Source: Cryobacterium sp. (GTDB lineage: Bacteria > Actinomycetota > Actinomycetes > Actinomycetales > Microbacteriaceae). Taken from it: a stretch of 64,000 nucleotides of DNA. The position numbers were made by a program, and so were the translations under genes. Below the pieces are notes generated by a model, which searched no databases, was not told where the DNA came from, and saw only the letters and a list, made by a program, of their open reading frames with translations. The stretch lies in the NCBI GenBank assembly GCA_019638975.1, contig JAHBST010000002.1, forward strand, positions 201 to 64,200, in the 5' to 3' direction. Shown here in pieces: positions 50,979-60,971 of this stretch. How positions within the stretch are numbered: the first letter of the stretch is position 1; every line of letters begins with the position of its first letter.

Positions 50979-51907
50979 GATCCGCTCCCTTGTCCGCTGC
51001 CGTTCCGGCTCGCGCTCGCGCTCGCGGAACGTTCGCGGATGGTGTTGATGATGGCCGAAAAGTCGAGCGCGGCGCCGCCTTCGTCGGCGAAGTGGCGGTA
51101 GATGTCGGCGGCCATCGTGCCCATGCGGGCATCCGTCCCCGTGGATTCGAGTGCGGCGAGCGCGAGTCCGAGGTCTTTCGCCATGAGCTGGCCGGCGAAT
51201 CCCGGCTGGTAGTCGCGATTGGCCGGGCTATTCGGAACCGGACCGGGCACGGGGCAATTCGTCGTGAGCGCCCAGCACTGGCCGGATGCCGTCGACGAGA
51301 CGTCGAAGAGCGCCTGGTTGCTCAGGCCGAGCTTTTCACCCAGCACAAACGCTTCACTCACCGCGATCATCGAAATGCCGAGGATCATGTTGTTGCAGAT
51401 TTTCGCTGCCTGGCCGGCTCCCGACGCGCCGCAGTGCACGACACGGCCGCCCATGACGGAAAGCACCGGCTCGGCCTCGGCGAAGTCGGCGTCATCCGCT
51501 CCGACCATGAACGTGAGCGTTCCGGCTTCAGCCCCCATGACGCCGCCCGAGACGGGCGCATCCATGCCCCGATGGCCCGCGGCGATCGCGAGTTCTCGCG
51601 CAGCGCGCGCACTGTCGACGTCGATCGTCGAGGAGTCGATGAAGAGCGTGCCGGGCTTCGCCGCGGCGAGGAGCCCGCCCCGGTAGACGTCGAGCACCTG
51701 GTTTCCCGCGAGCAGCATCGTGATGACGATGTCGGCATCCGCGGCCGCTTCCGGCCCGCTCGCGGCGATTCCCACTCCCTTCGCGCGTGCCGCGTCGAGT
51801 GCTGCGGGCGCGAGGTCGAACCCGTTGACGGTATGGCCGGCCGCGACAAGGTTGGCGGCCATCGGGCCGCCCATGTGGCCGAGGCCGATAAAGGCGATAT
51901 TCGTCAT
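50975..51907 (-). CDS. mmsB: 3-hydroxyisobutyrate dehydrogenase
   Basis: [40 protein letters not shown]. Confidence 0.94.
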   Translation of the reverse strand: MTNIAFIGLGHMGGPMAANLVAAGHTVNGFDLAPAALDAARAKGVGIAASGPEAAADADIVITMLLAGNQVLDVYRGGLLAAAKPGTLFIDSSTIDVDSARAARELAIAAGHRGMDAPVSGGVMGAEAGTLTFMVGADDADFAEAEPVLSVMGGRVVHCGASGAGQAAKICNNMILGISMIAVSEAFVLGEKLGLSNQALFDVSSTASGQCWALTTNCPVPGPVPNSPANRDYQPGFAGQLMAKDLGLALAALESTGTDARMGTMAADIYRHFADEGGAALDFSAIINTIRERSASASASRNGSGQGSGS

Positions 51908-52971
51908 GATGCGCTCTCCTCCTGCCGGGCGACAAGCCCGAGTTCCCCTGCTCCGCTGTGTGCGAAGTAAGCTTCGATGTCCTCGCGCGTGACCTCGCCG
52001 AGGCTCGCGGGCGACCAGTGCGGCATCCGATCCTTGTCGATCACCTGGGCGCGGATGCCTTCGATGAGTTCGCTGCCGTCCAGGAACCGGGTCGACACCC
52101 GGTAGTCCTGGTTGAGGACGTCTTCGAGGAAGGCGAGCCGAGCGGCCCGCCGAACAGCTTCGAGCGCGACGCTCACTCCGATCGGCGATTTCGTCAGGAT
52201 CGTGGATGCCGTCTCGCGAGCCGCGGGCACGGTCGAGTCCTGCAGTCTCCTGACGATCGTCGCGGCATCGTCTCCCGCGTAGCATCCGTCGATCCAGCTT
52301 CGTTGCGCGAGGAGCGTGGACTCGGGCGCCGGGATGGCCACGGCGGCGATCGCTTCCGCCGCCGACGTCGTCTCGAGCGCCGTGGCGAGCGCGGGCAACC
52401 AGTCACTGTGAACGAAGTGGTCGGCGAAGCCGAGAGCGACCGCGTCGGCACCGGAGCCCATTCGACCCGTCATCGCGAGGTGCGTGCCGATTTCGCCGGG
52501 GGCGCGGGACAGCAACCAGGAGCCGCCGACATCCGGCGCGAAACCGATGCCGACTTCCGGCATCCCGAAGCGCGTGCGCTCGGTGACGATTCGCGCGCTG
52601 CCGTGTGCGGAGACGCCGATTCCCCCGCCGAGCACGACACCGTCCATGAACGCGACGTACGGCTTCGGATAGCGCGCGATGCGCGCGTTGAGCGTGTATT
52701 CGTCGCGCCAGAATTTTCGCGTGCCGTCGCCGCCCGCGAGCGCGTCGTGATACATGCCGACGATGTCGCCTCCGGCGCACAAGCCGCGATCTCCCGCCCC
52801 GGTCACGAGGATCGTGGCAACCCCGTCGTCCCGCTCCCACTCGTCGAGCGCCGACGAGATTCTCAAGACCATGCGGCGAGTGAGCGCGTTCATCGCCGCC
52901 GGGCGATTGAGCGTGATCGCTCCGAGGGCGCCACGCCGTTCCACGAGGACTTCTTCGTCCGAGTGCTGCAT
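51904..52971 (-). CDS. 3-hydroxyisobutyryl-CoA hydrolase-like crotonase
   Basis: LCAGGDI, FWRDEY, MDGVVLGGG, MPEVGIGFAPDVG, EGIRAQVIDKDR. Confidence 0.9.
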   Translation of the reverse strand: MQHSDEEVLVERRGALGAITLNRPAAMNALTRRMVLRISSALDEWERDDGVATILVTGAGDRGLCAGGDIVGMYHDALAGGDGTRKFWRDEYTLNARIARYPKPYVAFMDGVVLGGGIGVSAHGSARIVTERTRFGMPEVGIGFAPDVGGSWLLSRAPGEIGTHLAMTGRMGSGADAVALGFADHFVHSDWLPALATALETTSAAEAIAAVAIPAPESTLLAQRSWIDGCYAGDDAATIVRRLQDSTVPAARETASTILTKSPIGVSVALEAVRRAARLAFLEDVLNQDYRVSTRFLDGSELIEGIRAQVIDKDRMPHWSPASLGEVTREDIEAYFAHSGAGELGLVARQEESAS

Positions 52972-53069
52972 GTGACCCTCCGGCTGCGTTATTCCGACTG
53001 CATTTTTCGACTGTGCTGATCCGATCGCCCTCGCGAGCGACCCGGGCCGACTGCTCCAGTCGCGCTGGT

Positions 53070-54206
53070 TCAGCGGCTCAGAAGACTGCGCCCGACGATG
53101 AGTTGCATGATCTCGTTCGTGCCTTCCAGTATCTGGTGCACCCGAAGGTCGCGAACGATGCGTTCGAGCCCATACTCCGTGAGATAACCGTATCCCCCGT
53201 GCAACTGGATAGCACTGTTGGCAACCTCGAATCCGGCATCCGTCGCCACGCGCTTCGCCATCGCGCACAAGCGCACTTTGTCGGCGTCGCCGGCGTCGAG
53301 CGCCGTGGCCGCCCGGTGGAGCAGAGTTCGCGCGGTTTCGAGCTTCGTCTCCATGTCGGCGAGCTCGAAAACGATGGATTGGAGATCGGAGAGCGGCCCG
53401 CCGAATGCGTGCCGACTCTGCACATAGTCGATGCTCTTGTCGAGAGCCGCTTGCCCGCCGCCGAGCGAGCAAGCTCCGATGTTGAGGCGGCCGCCGTTCA
53501 ATCCGTTCATCGCGATGCCGAAGCCGTCGCCCTCGTCGGCGAGCCGATTCTCGACGGGAACCCGCACATCCTCGAAGATGACGGCTCGCGTCGGTTGAGC
53601 GTGCCAGCCCATCTTCTGCTCGAGCGGACCGAAGGAAAGTCCCTGCGTGCCATCGGGCACGAGGATGGCGGTCACGCCCTTGCTGCCCGTGTCGGCCGTG
53701 CGCGCCATGACGACGTAGATCTCGGATGCCCCCGCCCCCGAAATGAACTGTTTCGTGCCGTTGATGACGTAGTCGTCGCCGTCGCGGATGGCGCGAGTGC
53801 TGAGCGCCGCGGCATCCGATCCCGCGCCCGGCTCGGTCAGGCAATAGCTGCCGAGATGCTCCATCGTGGCGAGTTTCGGAATCCACTCTTCGCGCTGCGC
53901 TTCTGAGCCGTAGGTGTCGATCATCCACACGACCATGTTGTGGATGGAGATGTAGGCGGCGATCGTCGTGTCGCCCTTGGCGAGCTCTTCGAAGATGAGG
54001 ACGGCATCCGCCCGGCTGAGCCCTGATCCGCCGAACGCTTCGCGCGAATACATCGCGCCCATTCCCAACTCACCGGCCGCCCTCAGAACGTCGAGGGGAA
54101 AGTGGTGTTTCTCGTCCCATTCGGCCGCGTGCGGCGCGAGCGATTCGGCGGCGAACTGCCGAACCATGTCCACGAGGTCTTGTTGGTCGTCGCTAATGGG
54201 GTAAAT
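53070..54206 (-). CDS. Acyl-CoA dehydrogenase (isobutyryl-CoA dehydrogenase-like); start codon uncertain (ATT 54206, TTG 54239 or ATG 54167)
   Basis: YISIHNM, YCLTEPGAGSDA, KQFISG, GGRLNIGAC, HGGYGY, ILEGTNEIM. Confidence 0.92.
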   Translation of the reverse strand: MYPISDDQQDLVDMVRQFAAESLAPHAAEWDEKHHFPLDVLRAAGELGMGAMYSREAFGGSGLSRADAVLIFEELAKGDTTIAAYISIHNMVVWMIDTYGSEAQREEWIPKLATMEHLGSYCLTEPGAGSDAAALSTRAIRDGDDYVINGTKQFISGAGASEIYVVMARTADTGSKGVTAILVPDGTQGLSFGPLEQKMGWHAQPTRAVIFEDVRVPVENRLADEGDGFGIAMNGLNGGRLNIGACSLGGGQAALDKSIDYVQSRHAFGGPLSDLQSIVFELADMETKLETARTLLHRAATALDAGDADKVRLCAMAKRVATDAGFEVANSAIQLHGGYGYLTEYGLERIVRDLRVHQILEGTNEIMQLIVGRSLLSR

Positions 54207-54224
54207 GGTGGGCCTCCGACAATT

Positions 54225-54244
54225 TAGTAGGACATCCAACTATA
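54225..54244 (-). promoter_or_regulatory. Imperfect palindromic operator overlapping a TATAGT -10 box
   Basis: TAGTAGGA-CA-TCCAACTA (7/8 pairs) at 54225-54242; TATAGT on the minus strand at 54239-54244. Confidence 0.55.
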
Positions 54245-54305
54245 TCGTTGTGGTGTGCGTGCAAGGGAATGTTCGCGCCGGTCAAAGAATGGTGGAATGG
54301 TAGGC

Positions 54306-55085
54306 ATGATGAAGATCGCAGTTCTCGTGAAGGAAGTGCCCGACACCTGGAGCGACCGCCGTATCGACGAATCCACGAAACGTGTGGACCGCGACGGCGA
54401 TGTCGTCATCGATGAGATCAACGAGAAAGCCGTCGAGGCCGCTCTTCTCGTCAAGGAAGCCGGCGACGCCGAAGTGACGGCCGTCACGATGGGACCGAAG
54501 AATGCGCTCGACGCCGTGCGCAAAGCGCTCGCGATGGGCGCGGATGCGGGCATCCACATCATCGATGAAGCGCTCGGCGGTTCGGATGCGCTGCAAACCT
54601 CTGCCGCGCTCGCGGCCGCGCTCGGATCGCGAGAATTCGACCTCGTGATTGCGGGAAACGAGTCGACCGATGGGCGCACCGCGGCGATCCCGGCGATGCT
54701 CGCCGAGCGCCTCAACGTCGCGCAATTGACGTTCCTTCGCACGCTCACCGTCAAGAACGGCACTGTTTCAGGCGAGCGCATGACGGAAGACGGCCATGCG
54801 GAAGTGAGCGCGTCGCTTCCGGCCGTCGTGTCGGTCACCGAGCAAATCGCGGAGGCGCGATTCCCGAACTTCAAAGGCATCATGGCCGCGAAGAAGAAGC
54901 CCGTCGAAACTCTTTCAATTTCCGACCTCGGCATCGACGCGTCGGAGGCGGGCGGTGCGAACTCCTGGTCGGTCGTCGACACCGTCGCTGCGAAGCCGCC
55001 GCGCGAAGGCGGCACCATCATCAAGGACGACGGAACGGCAGGGCAGCAGCTCGCCGACTTCCTCGCCGCAGCGAAACTGATCTGA
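54306..55085 (+). CDS. etfB: Electron transfer flavoprotein beta subunit
   Basis: [35 protein letters not shown]. Confidence 0.95.
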   Translation: MMKIAVLVKEVPDTWSDRRIDESTKRVDRDGDVVIDEINEKAVEAALLVKEAGDAEVTAVTMGPKNALDAVRKALAMGADAGIHIIDEALGGSDALQTSAALAAALGSREFDLVIAGNESTDGRTAAIPAMLAERLNVAQLTFLRTLTVKNGTVSGERMTEDGHAEVSASLPAVVSVTEQIAEARFPNFKGIMAAKKKPVETLSISDLGIDASEAGGANSWSVVDTVAAKPPREGGTIIKDDGTAGQQLADFLAAAKLI

Positions 55086-55095
55086 GGAGCCTCGA

Positions 55096-56055
55096 ATGTC
55101 ACAAGTGCTCGTACTCGTTGAATTAAGCGATGGAAAGCCGGCGCCCTCGACGGGCGAATTGCTCGCCGCGGCCGCGATCATGGGCGAACCGGCCGCGGTC
55201 GTCGTGACCGAGCCGGGAGCGGCCGCAGGACTTTCGAAGCCGCTCGGCGCGCTCGGCGCCGCGACCGTCTATGCGGCAACCGCAAAGGGAGCCGACTCGC
55301 TGCTCGTCACGCCCCTCGTCGCGGCCCTCGCCGCTGCCGTCGCTGCGGCGAAACCGTCCGCCGTGATCGTCGGTTCGACTCCGGATGCTCGCGAAGCGGG
55401 CGCCCGCCTCGCCGTTCGCATCGGCGGCGCGTACCAGAGCGATGCGACGGGACTCACCGCGAAGGGAGTCGTGACGCAGTCCGCTTTCGGTGGCGCATTC
55501 ACGGTCACGGCGAGCGCCGCGAAGGGCATCCCGGTCATCTCCCTGCGATCCGGCTCGGTCGACGGTGAGGCGAAAGCAGCATCCGGCACTCTCGTCGAAC
55601 TCGACACATCCGGGGACACCGCTCCGACGTCAACGATCGTTTCGCGCCATGTCGAGACTGCCGCGAGCGAGCGGCCGAGCCTCAAGGGCGCGAAAGTGGT
55701 CGTCTCGGGCGGCCGCGGCCTCGGCTCGAAGGAAAAATTCGTGCTCGTGGAGGAGCTCGCCGACTCCCTCGGCGCCGCGCTCGGCGCATCCCGCGCGGCA
55801 GTCGACGCGGGATACTGCGAACACAATCTGCAGGTCGGCCAGACCGGTACGACCGTGTCTCCCGACCTTTACATCGCGGTCGGCATTTCCGGCGCGATCC
55901 AGCACCTCGCGGGGATGCAGACCTCGAAGACGATCGTCGCGATCAATAAGGACGAGAACTCGCCGATCTTCGACATCGCCGACTTCGGTATCGTCGGCGA
56001 CTTGTTCACCGTCGTGCCGCAGTTCATGGAAGCCGTCAAGGCGAGGGCGAAGTGA
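55096..56055 (+). CDS. etfA: Electron transfer flavoprotein alpha subunit
   Basis: [39 protein letters not shown]. Confidence 0.96.
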   Translation: MSQVLVLVELSDGKPAPSTGELLAAAAIMGEPAAVVVTEPGAAAGLSKPLGALGAATVYAATAKGADSLLVTPLVAALAAAVAAAKPSAVIVGSTPDAREAGARLAVRIGGAYQSDATGLTAKGVVTQSAFGGAFTVTASAAKGIPVISLRSGSVDGEAKAASGTLVELDTSGDTAPTSTIVSRHVETAASERPSLKGAKVVVSGGRGLGSKEKFVLVEELADSLGAALGASRAAVDAGYCEHNLQVGQTGTTVSPDLYIAVGISGAIQHLAGMQTSKTIVAINKDENSPIFDIADFGIVGDLFTVVPQFMEAVKARAK

Positions 56056-56975
56056 TGACACTCGCGACGTTCCGCGAGAGCCGCTGGTTCCGACTCGTCT
56101 GGATCATTCCCGCGCTCGTCGTCGTCGCGGCGATCGTCGTCGGGATCGCGATCTGGTTGCGCACGCTGCCGGGCGTGCAATCCTTCATGACGACGTATCC
56201 GGGCCACAGCGAGCTCCCGGATGGCGCGCCCGTCGGGTTCCCCGCCTGGCTTGCGTGGCAGCACTTCTTCAACGCGTTCTTCATTCTGTTCGTCATCCGC
56301 TCGGGCTGGTTGATTCGCACTGTGAAGCGCCCCGCAGCATATTGGACCCGCAACAATTCAGGGCTCCTGCGCACGAAGGGCGAACCGCAGCGCATCAGCA
56401 TCCACCAGTGGTTCCACATCAGCATCGACACACTGTGGCTGCTCAACGGTCTGCTCCTGTATGTGCTCCTTTTTTCGACAGGGCAATGGATGCGCATCAT
56501 TCCCGTGAGTTGGGACGTCTTCCCCAACGCCGTCACGGCGGGGCTGCAATACGCATCGTTGAACTGGCCGCACGAAATGGGCTGGGTCAACTACAACGCG
56601 TTGCAGCTCATCGCCTACTTCGTCACAGTGTTCATCGCGGCACCGCTCGCCGTGCTCACGGGATTGCGGATGACGCCGGGGCTCGCCGAACGATGGAAGC
56701 CCCTCGAGCGCGTGTTCCCCGTGCAGCTTGCCCGTCTCCTGCACTTCCCGATCATGCTGTACTTCGTGCTGTTCATCGTCGTGCACGTGTTCCTCGTGCT
56801 TACGACGGGCGCGCTCAACAACCTCAACCACATGTACGCCGTTCGCGATGACCAGTCCTGGTGGGGCTTCGGTCTCTTCGTCGGCTCGCTCGTGCTCATG
56901 GCCGTGGCGTGGATCGCCGCGAAACCGTCCATCCTCGGCATGATCGCGGGGCTGAGCGGCAAGGTCCGCCGCTAG
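56055..56975 (+). CDS. Cytochrome b/b6-like (Ni_hydr_CYTB) membrane protein
   Basis: TM His residues (WQHFFN, WFHISID, LLHFP, VVHVFL), YNALQLIAY; coupled to the etfA stop. Confidence 0.8.
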   Translation: MTLATFRESRWFRLVWIIPALVVVAAIVVGIAIWLRTLPGVQSFMTTYPGHSELPDGAPVGFPAWLAWQHFFNAFFILFVIRSGWLIRTVKRPAAYWTRNNSGLLRTKGEPQRISIHQWFHISIDTLWLLNGLLLYVLLFSTGQWMRIIPVSWDVFPNAVTAGLQYASLNWPHEMGWVNYNALQLIAYFVTVFIAAPLAVLTGLRMTPGLAERWKPLERVFPVQLARLLHFPIMLYFVLFIVVHVFLVLTTGALNNLNHMYAVRDDQSWWGFGLFVGSLVLMAVAWIAAKPSILGMIAGLSGKVRR

Positions 56976-56984
56976 CCGCCGGCC

Positions 56985-57731
56985 TCACTGCCGAATTGCG
57001 TCGTCGGTTGCCGTCTTGGCGTCGAGGGTGGGAGTCGCCAAGGCGGCGGTCGTGGCATCCGAAGTCGCCGTGCGGCGATTCGACATGACGGCGGCGATCA
57101 CGATGACTGCCACGATCGCGAGGATGCCGAGGCCGATGATGAGCCACCACACCCACGCGGGCGGTCCGACGGGTTCAGCGTTCGCGGTCGCGTGCATGTC
57201 GAGGCTGCCCTCGTAGCTCGTGTTCCACGACACGCGAGTGCCGTCGAGTTTTCCATTGTGGTCGGTCACGGTGCCGGGAAAGGTGATCGCGACTTGAATG
57301 TTCGACGTGTCGGCATCCTTCGGCACATCATCGCTCTCGGGAGTGAAGTCGACTTTGCCGGTGAACTCGAACGTGTCACCCGTGCGGGTCAATTGCAGCG
57401 AACCCTCCGAGCCCGAACTGTTGATCGCGTTCAAGGGCGTGTGGTTGAGGCTGAATCGCGAACCCACGTAGCCGTCTTCGTCGTACGCGTTTCGCGTGAC
57501 GCCGTCGGCGCCGCTCAGGTTCGGCAGGAGTTTTTGCTCGATCGCCTTCGCGCGGTCGTTGGCATCCGACTTCGCGTTCGCGCCGTCGCCGACCACGGAT
57601 GCGACGACGATGTCGCCGTTCAGGGTGTTGTCGGGCGACACCGTGATGTGAGCCTGGAACCTGACACAGCCGCTCAAAAGAAGAATCGCAGCCGCTGCGA
57701 TGAACACTCCGGCAATTTGTGATTTTCTCAT
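56985..57731 (-). CDS. LppM-like lipoprotein with C-terminal membrane anchor
   Basis: LSGC lipobox, ITFPGTVTDHNG...VSW, C-terminal TM. Confidence 0.78.
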   Translation of the reverse strand: MRKSQIAGVFIAAAAILLLSGCVRFQAHITVSPDNTLNGDIVVASVVGDGANAKSDANDRAKAIEQKLLPNLSGADGVTRNAYDEDGYVGSRFSLNHTPLNAINSSGSEGSLQLTRTGDTFEFTGKVDFTPESDDVPKDADTSNIQVAITFPGTVTDHNGKLDGTRVSWNTSYEGSLDMHATANAEPVGPPAWVWWLIIGLGILAIVAVIVIAAVMSNRRTATSDATTAALATPTLDAKTATDDAIRQ

Positions 57732-57751
57732 GACCCCAGTGTGGCGGGAAT

Positions 57752-57782
57752 GACTACCCCCCGAACGGGGTTCACAGGGGGT
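57752..57782. promoter_or_regulatory. GACTACCCCC-NN-AACGGGG box upstream of the lipoprotein gene
   Basis: 57752-57770 matches the reverse complement of 31314-31332 at 17/19. Confidence 0.55.
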
Positions 57783-57884
57783 TGTCCGGCCGCGCTCAGG
57801 AGACGCACATGTAGCTGTCGGTGACGGATGCGCGCTGCCTCCGGACGGAGGAGAGCTCGCCTCCCGGTCAGTACCTGCGCGGGG

Positions 57885-58307
57885 TCAGCTCGCCGCCGCC
57901 CCGATGCTGACCATCCAGTGCAGGCCGAATTTGTCGGTGAGCATTCCGAACGTGTCGCCCCACATCGCGGTCTCGAGAGGCATCGTGATCGTCGCGCCCT
58001 CGGCGAGCGCATCCCATGCCGAACGGAGCGACTGCTCGTCTTCCGCGGCTCCGCTCACGGAAATCGAGATCTCGGTGCCTTCGTCCCTCGGCATCCGATT
58101 CGAGGTGTCGGATGCCATGAGCGTGAAGCCATTGCCCGTCGTCAGGACGGAGTGCATGATGAGGTCGACGACGTTCGGATCCTCGCTCGCATGCATTTCG
58201 CCGAACGTGCTGAGCGTCAGGTCGCCGCCGAACACGGAATGGTAGAAGGTCATCGCCTCGCGCGCGTTGTCGATGAAACTCACATAGGGATTGAGCGTGA
58301 TCGCCAC
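57885..58307 (-). CDS. VOC/PhnB family protein
   Basis: LNPYVSF, AMTFYHSVFGG, IMHS, WGDTFGMLTDKFGLHWMV; GGAGG SD before GTG 58307. Confidence 0.9.
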   Translation of the reverse strand: MAITLNPYVSFIDNAREAMTFYHSVFGGDLTLSTFGEMHASEDPNVVDLIMHSVLTTGNGFTLMASDTSNRMPRDEGTEISISVSGAAEDEQSLRSAWDALAEGATITMPLETAMWGDTFGMLTDKFGLHWMVSIGAAAS

Positions 58308-58422
58308 GGCTTGCCTCCAGTCGAACAGGGTGCGCTCATTCTGCACCCGTCGGCTGAGATTGGCCAGTGGGATGCTCGCCGCCGGCGACAATGCTGCTCG
58401 CCGTCACAGCTGCGCGCCGCCA

Positions 58423-59478
58423 CTACTTTCCTGACGGCGCGAGTCCCAGGTCGATGAGGCTGCGGGCGGTGGCCTCGAGAAGATCGCCGTTCGAGTACGG
58501 CTCCCATCCGAGCACCGATTTCGCTTTAGCGTTGGAGATCTGGCGGTGGTTGTCGAGCCTTCTCGCGATCTCGCGCAGCGACCGGTCGAAGAGGGACGCG
58601 AAGCGCACCGTCCAGTTGGGCAGAATTCGGGAGGGCACTTTGCGAGCGGCGGGACCGAGCCGCTCGTGCAAAATGCGGGCCATCTCGGGGACATCGAGCA
58701 CGGCATCCGAGGTCGCGAGAAAGCGTTGCCCGGCGGCGGCGGGATTCGTCATCGCGCGCACGTGAAGGTCGGCGACGTCGCGAACGTCGACAAACCCGAA
58801 AGTCACTTTCGGCAGACCGGGAACGGCTCCGTTCAAGAGTCTGCGCACGAGTTCGATCGAGGTCGAGAGGTCTTTGCCGAACACCGGCCCGAGAATCGCG
58901 ACGGGATTCACGACCGCGAGCTCCATCCCGTTGCCCTCTCGCTCGATGAATTCCCATGCCGCGCGCTCCGCGAGCGTCTTCGACTTCACGTAGGCGCTGA
59001 CGTCGGCGGTCGGGTCGGTCCAGTCTTCTTCGGTGTACGGCCGTGTGAGTTCCTTCGTCCCGTAGCCGACAGCGGCGAAGGATGACGTCAGCACGACTCG
59101 CTTTACGCCCGCATCTCTGGATGCCTTCAGCACGCGCAGCGCGCCCTCGCGCGCCGGGCGGATGAGTTCGTCCTCTTCCTTCGGATCGGTGCCGGGGAAC
59201 GGGGACGCGACGTGCAGCACGTAAGTGCATCCCTCCACGGCATCCGCCCAACCCGCATCGCTGAGCAAGTCGGCGACCCGGAACTCGAGCGCTTCGCCGG
59301 GCTTGTCGCTCAATTCGGCGCCGCCCTTCACGAGCATCTCGCGCACCTCGTGGTCGCGATCGAGAGAGCGCACTGTCGTTCGCACCCGATAACCGCTGTC
59401 GAGCAGAGCGAGAATGCAATGCACCCCCACGAATCCGGAACCGCCCGTTACGAGAACCCGTTCACCGCTCACTGCCAT
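58423..59478 (-). CDS. NAD-dependent epimerase/aldehyde reductase (extended SDR)
   Basis: VTGGSGFVG, LHVASP, VLTSS, YVKSKTLAE, VDVRDVA. Confidence 0.92.
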   Translation of the reverse strand: MAVSGERVLVTGGSGFVGVHCILALLDSGYRVRTTVRSLDRDHEVREMLVKGGAELSDKPGEALEFRVADLLSDAGWADAVEGCTYVLHVASPFPGTDPKEEDELIRPAREGALRVLKASRDAGVKRVVLTSSFAAVGYGTKELTRPYTEEDWTDPTADVSAYVKSKTLAERAAWEFIEREGNGMELAVVNPVAILGPVFGKDLSTSIELVRRLLNGAVPGLPKVTFGFVDVRDVADLHVRAMTNPAAAGQRFLATSDAVLDVPEMARILHERLGPAARKVPSRILPNWTVRFASLFDRSLREIARRLDNHRQISNAKAKSVLGWEPYSNGDLLEATARSLIDLGLAPSGK

Positions 59479-59656
59479 CTCCTGTCGTCGCGCTGCGCGA
59501 TTCGCCAGCACTCCATCATGCGCCCGAATCCGGGCGCGCGCGTTCCACGGGAAGTATTCGGCGCGGCGCGCTCCCGAGTTTGCTTTCGCGCATCGCTTGC
59601 CGGCCCAGGAGCCGAGTGCAGCAACCGGGGCCCGGCGAGTGTGGTGGACTTTGTCC

Positions 59657-60418
59657 ATGACGTTTCGCAGTTTCGCCGCCATCGGCGACAGTTTCACCGA
59701 GGGAGTCGGTGACGAACTCCCGGATGGCAGCGTGCGCGGATGGGCCGACCTCGTCGCGCTCGGGCTCGCTGCCGCCCAGGCGGAATCCGGGAGCGCGCCC
59801 TTCGGCTACGCGAATCTGGCGATCCGCGGCCGCTTGCTCGGGCCGATCCTTGACGAGCAATTGGATGCCGCGATCGCGTTGAAGCCGGACCTGCTGAGCC
59901 TCAACGGCGGCGGCAACGACATCATGCGGCCGAAGGTCTCCGTCGAGTCCGTGGCCGAGAAGTTGGCCGCGGCGGCGACGAAGGCCATGGCTTCGGGCAT
60001 CCACGTGTTGTTGCTGAGCGGAGGCAACCCGACGAATCATATTCCTCTCGGGGCACGTATCGAAGTGAGGGGAGAACAGCTCGCGGTGGCCGTGCGTGCG
60101 CGCGTGCCGGAGTCCGCGAACGTGACCTTCGTCGACAACTGGTCGGATGCCGAGCTCACCGATCTGCGGTACTGGTCGATCGACAAGCTGCACTTGAACG
60201 CGCTCGGGCATCGCCGCGTGGCGGGAAACATCCTGACGGCGCTCGGGGTGCCCGTGCCGGATTGGGGCGACGAGGTACCAGAGCTTCGACGCCCAGGCAC
60301 GATCGCTTATTGGCGCGGATACGTGCTGCCGTGGATCGGGCGACGACTCACCGGGCGGTCCTCGGGCGATGGCCGCGAGCCGAAGCGGCCGACGCTTATG
60401 CCGGTGGAGCTGGAGTAA
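59657..60418 (+). CDS. SGNH/GDSL hydrolase
   Basis: IGDSFTEG, YANLAIRG, GGND, DKLHLN. Confidence 0.92.
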   Translation: MTFRSFAAIGDSFTEGVGDELPDGSVRGWADLVALGLAAAQAESGSAPFGYANLAIRGRLLGPILDEQLDAAIALKPDLLSLNGGGNDIMRPKVSVESVAEKLAAAATKAMASGIHVLLLSGGNPTNHIPLGARIEVRGEQLAVAVRARVPESANVTFVDNWSDAELTDLRYWSIDKLHLNALGHRRVAGNILTALGVPVPDWGDEVPELRRPGTIAYWRGYVLPWIGRRLTGRSSGDGREPKRPTLMPVELE

Positions 60419-60447
60419 GAATCCCGCGAGAATCCGTTCTTCTCGGC

Positions 60448-60463
60448 GCTATACTTGTGTAGC
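60448..60463. promoter_or_regulatory. Probable TA autoregulatory operator / -10 region
   Basis: GCTATAC-TT-GTGTAGC palindrome containing TATACT, directly upstream of the antitoxin gene. Confidence 0.6.
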
Positions 60464-60490
60464 ACTTTCATTATTCAGGAGTTCATGTGG
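60464..60490. repeat. Solo half-copy of the palindrome family in the TA leader
   Basis: CTTTCATTATTCAGGAGTTCATGTGG matches the copy 2 arm CTTTCATCATTCAGGAGGTCATGTGG at 24/26. Confidence 0.75.
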
Positions 60491-60708
60491 GTTCAACGAT
60501 GATTCGTCTCGATGACGAGACTGAGGCTCGACTCAACCGCCTGGCGGAGCGGACGGGCCGGTCCAAGTCGTTCTATGTGCGCGAGGCGACGCTGGAGAAG
60601 CTTGAAGAGTATGAGGACTACTACCTCGCAAAGGATTCGCTGGAGGAATTTCGGCAGTCGGACGACGCCCTCATCGACCTGGCCGATGTCGAGTGGCCGG
60701 CTGAGTGA
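60487..60708 (+). CDS. relB: RHH antitoxin (RelB/CopG-like)
   Basis: IRLDDETEARLNRLAERTGRSKSFYVREA RHH, acidic tail; overlaps the toxin start (GTGA). Confidence 0.85.
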   Translation: MGSTMIRLDDETEARLNRLAERTGRSKSFYVREATLEKLEEYEDYYLAKDSLEEFRQSDDALIDLADVEWPAE

Positions 60709-60971
60709 GTTTCGCGGTAAAGGTCACGCCGGCGGCGCAAAAGCAGATCCGCAAACTTGACCCTCAGGCGGCACGGCGCATCCGACGCTTCCTGGAGGGC
60801 ACTCTGCAGGGGATTGAAAACCCACGGATGCTCGGCACTCCTCTCGTCGGCCAGGACTTCTGGCGTTACCGAGTCGGCGATTATCGGATCCTGGTCAACA
60901 TCCAGGACGCCGAACTGATCATCCTCGTCGTGGCGCTCGCCCATCGGCGCGAGGTGTATCGAGATCTGTAG
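60705..60971 (+). CDS. relE: RelE/ParE family toxin
   Basis: AQKQIRKLD, NPRMLG, WRYRVGDYRI, HRREVY. Confidence 0.93.
   Translation: MSFAVKVTPAAQKQIRKLDPQAARRIRRFLEGTLQGIENPRMLGTPLVGQDFWRYRVGDYRILVNIQDAELIILVVALAHRREVYRDL

Noticed and set aside
57795-57850. TCAGGAG...CTCCGGA as a further copy of the palindrome family
   Set aside because: Only 7 nt match and the CTTTCATCAT part is absent; could be chance.
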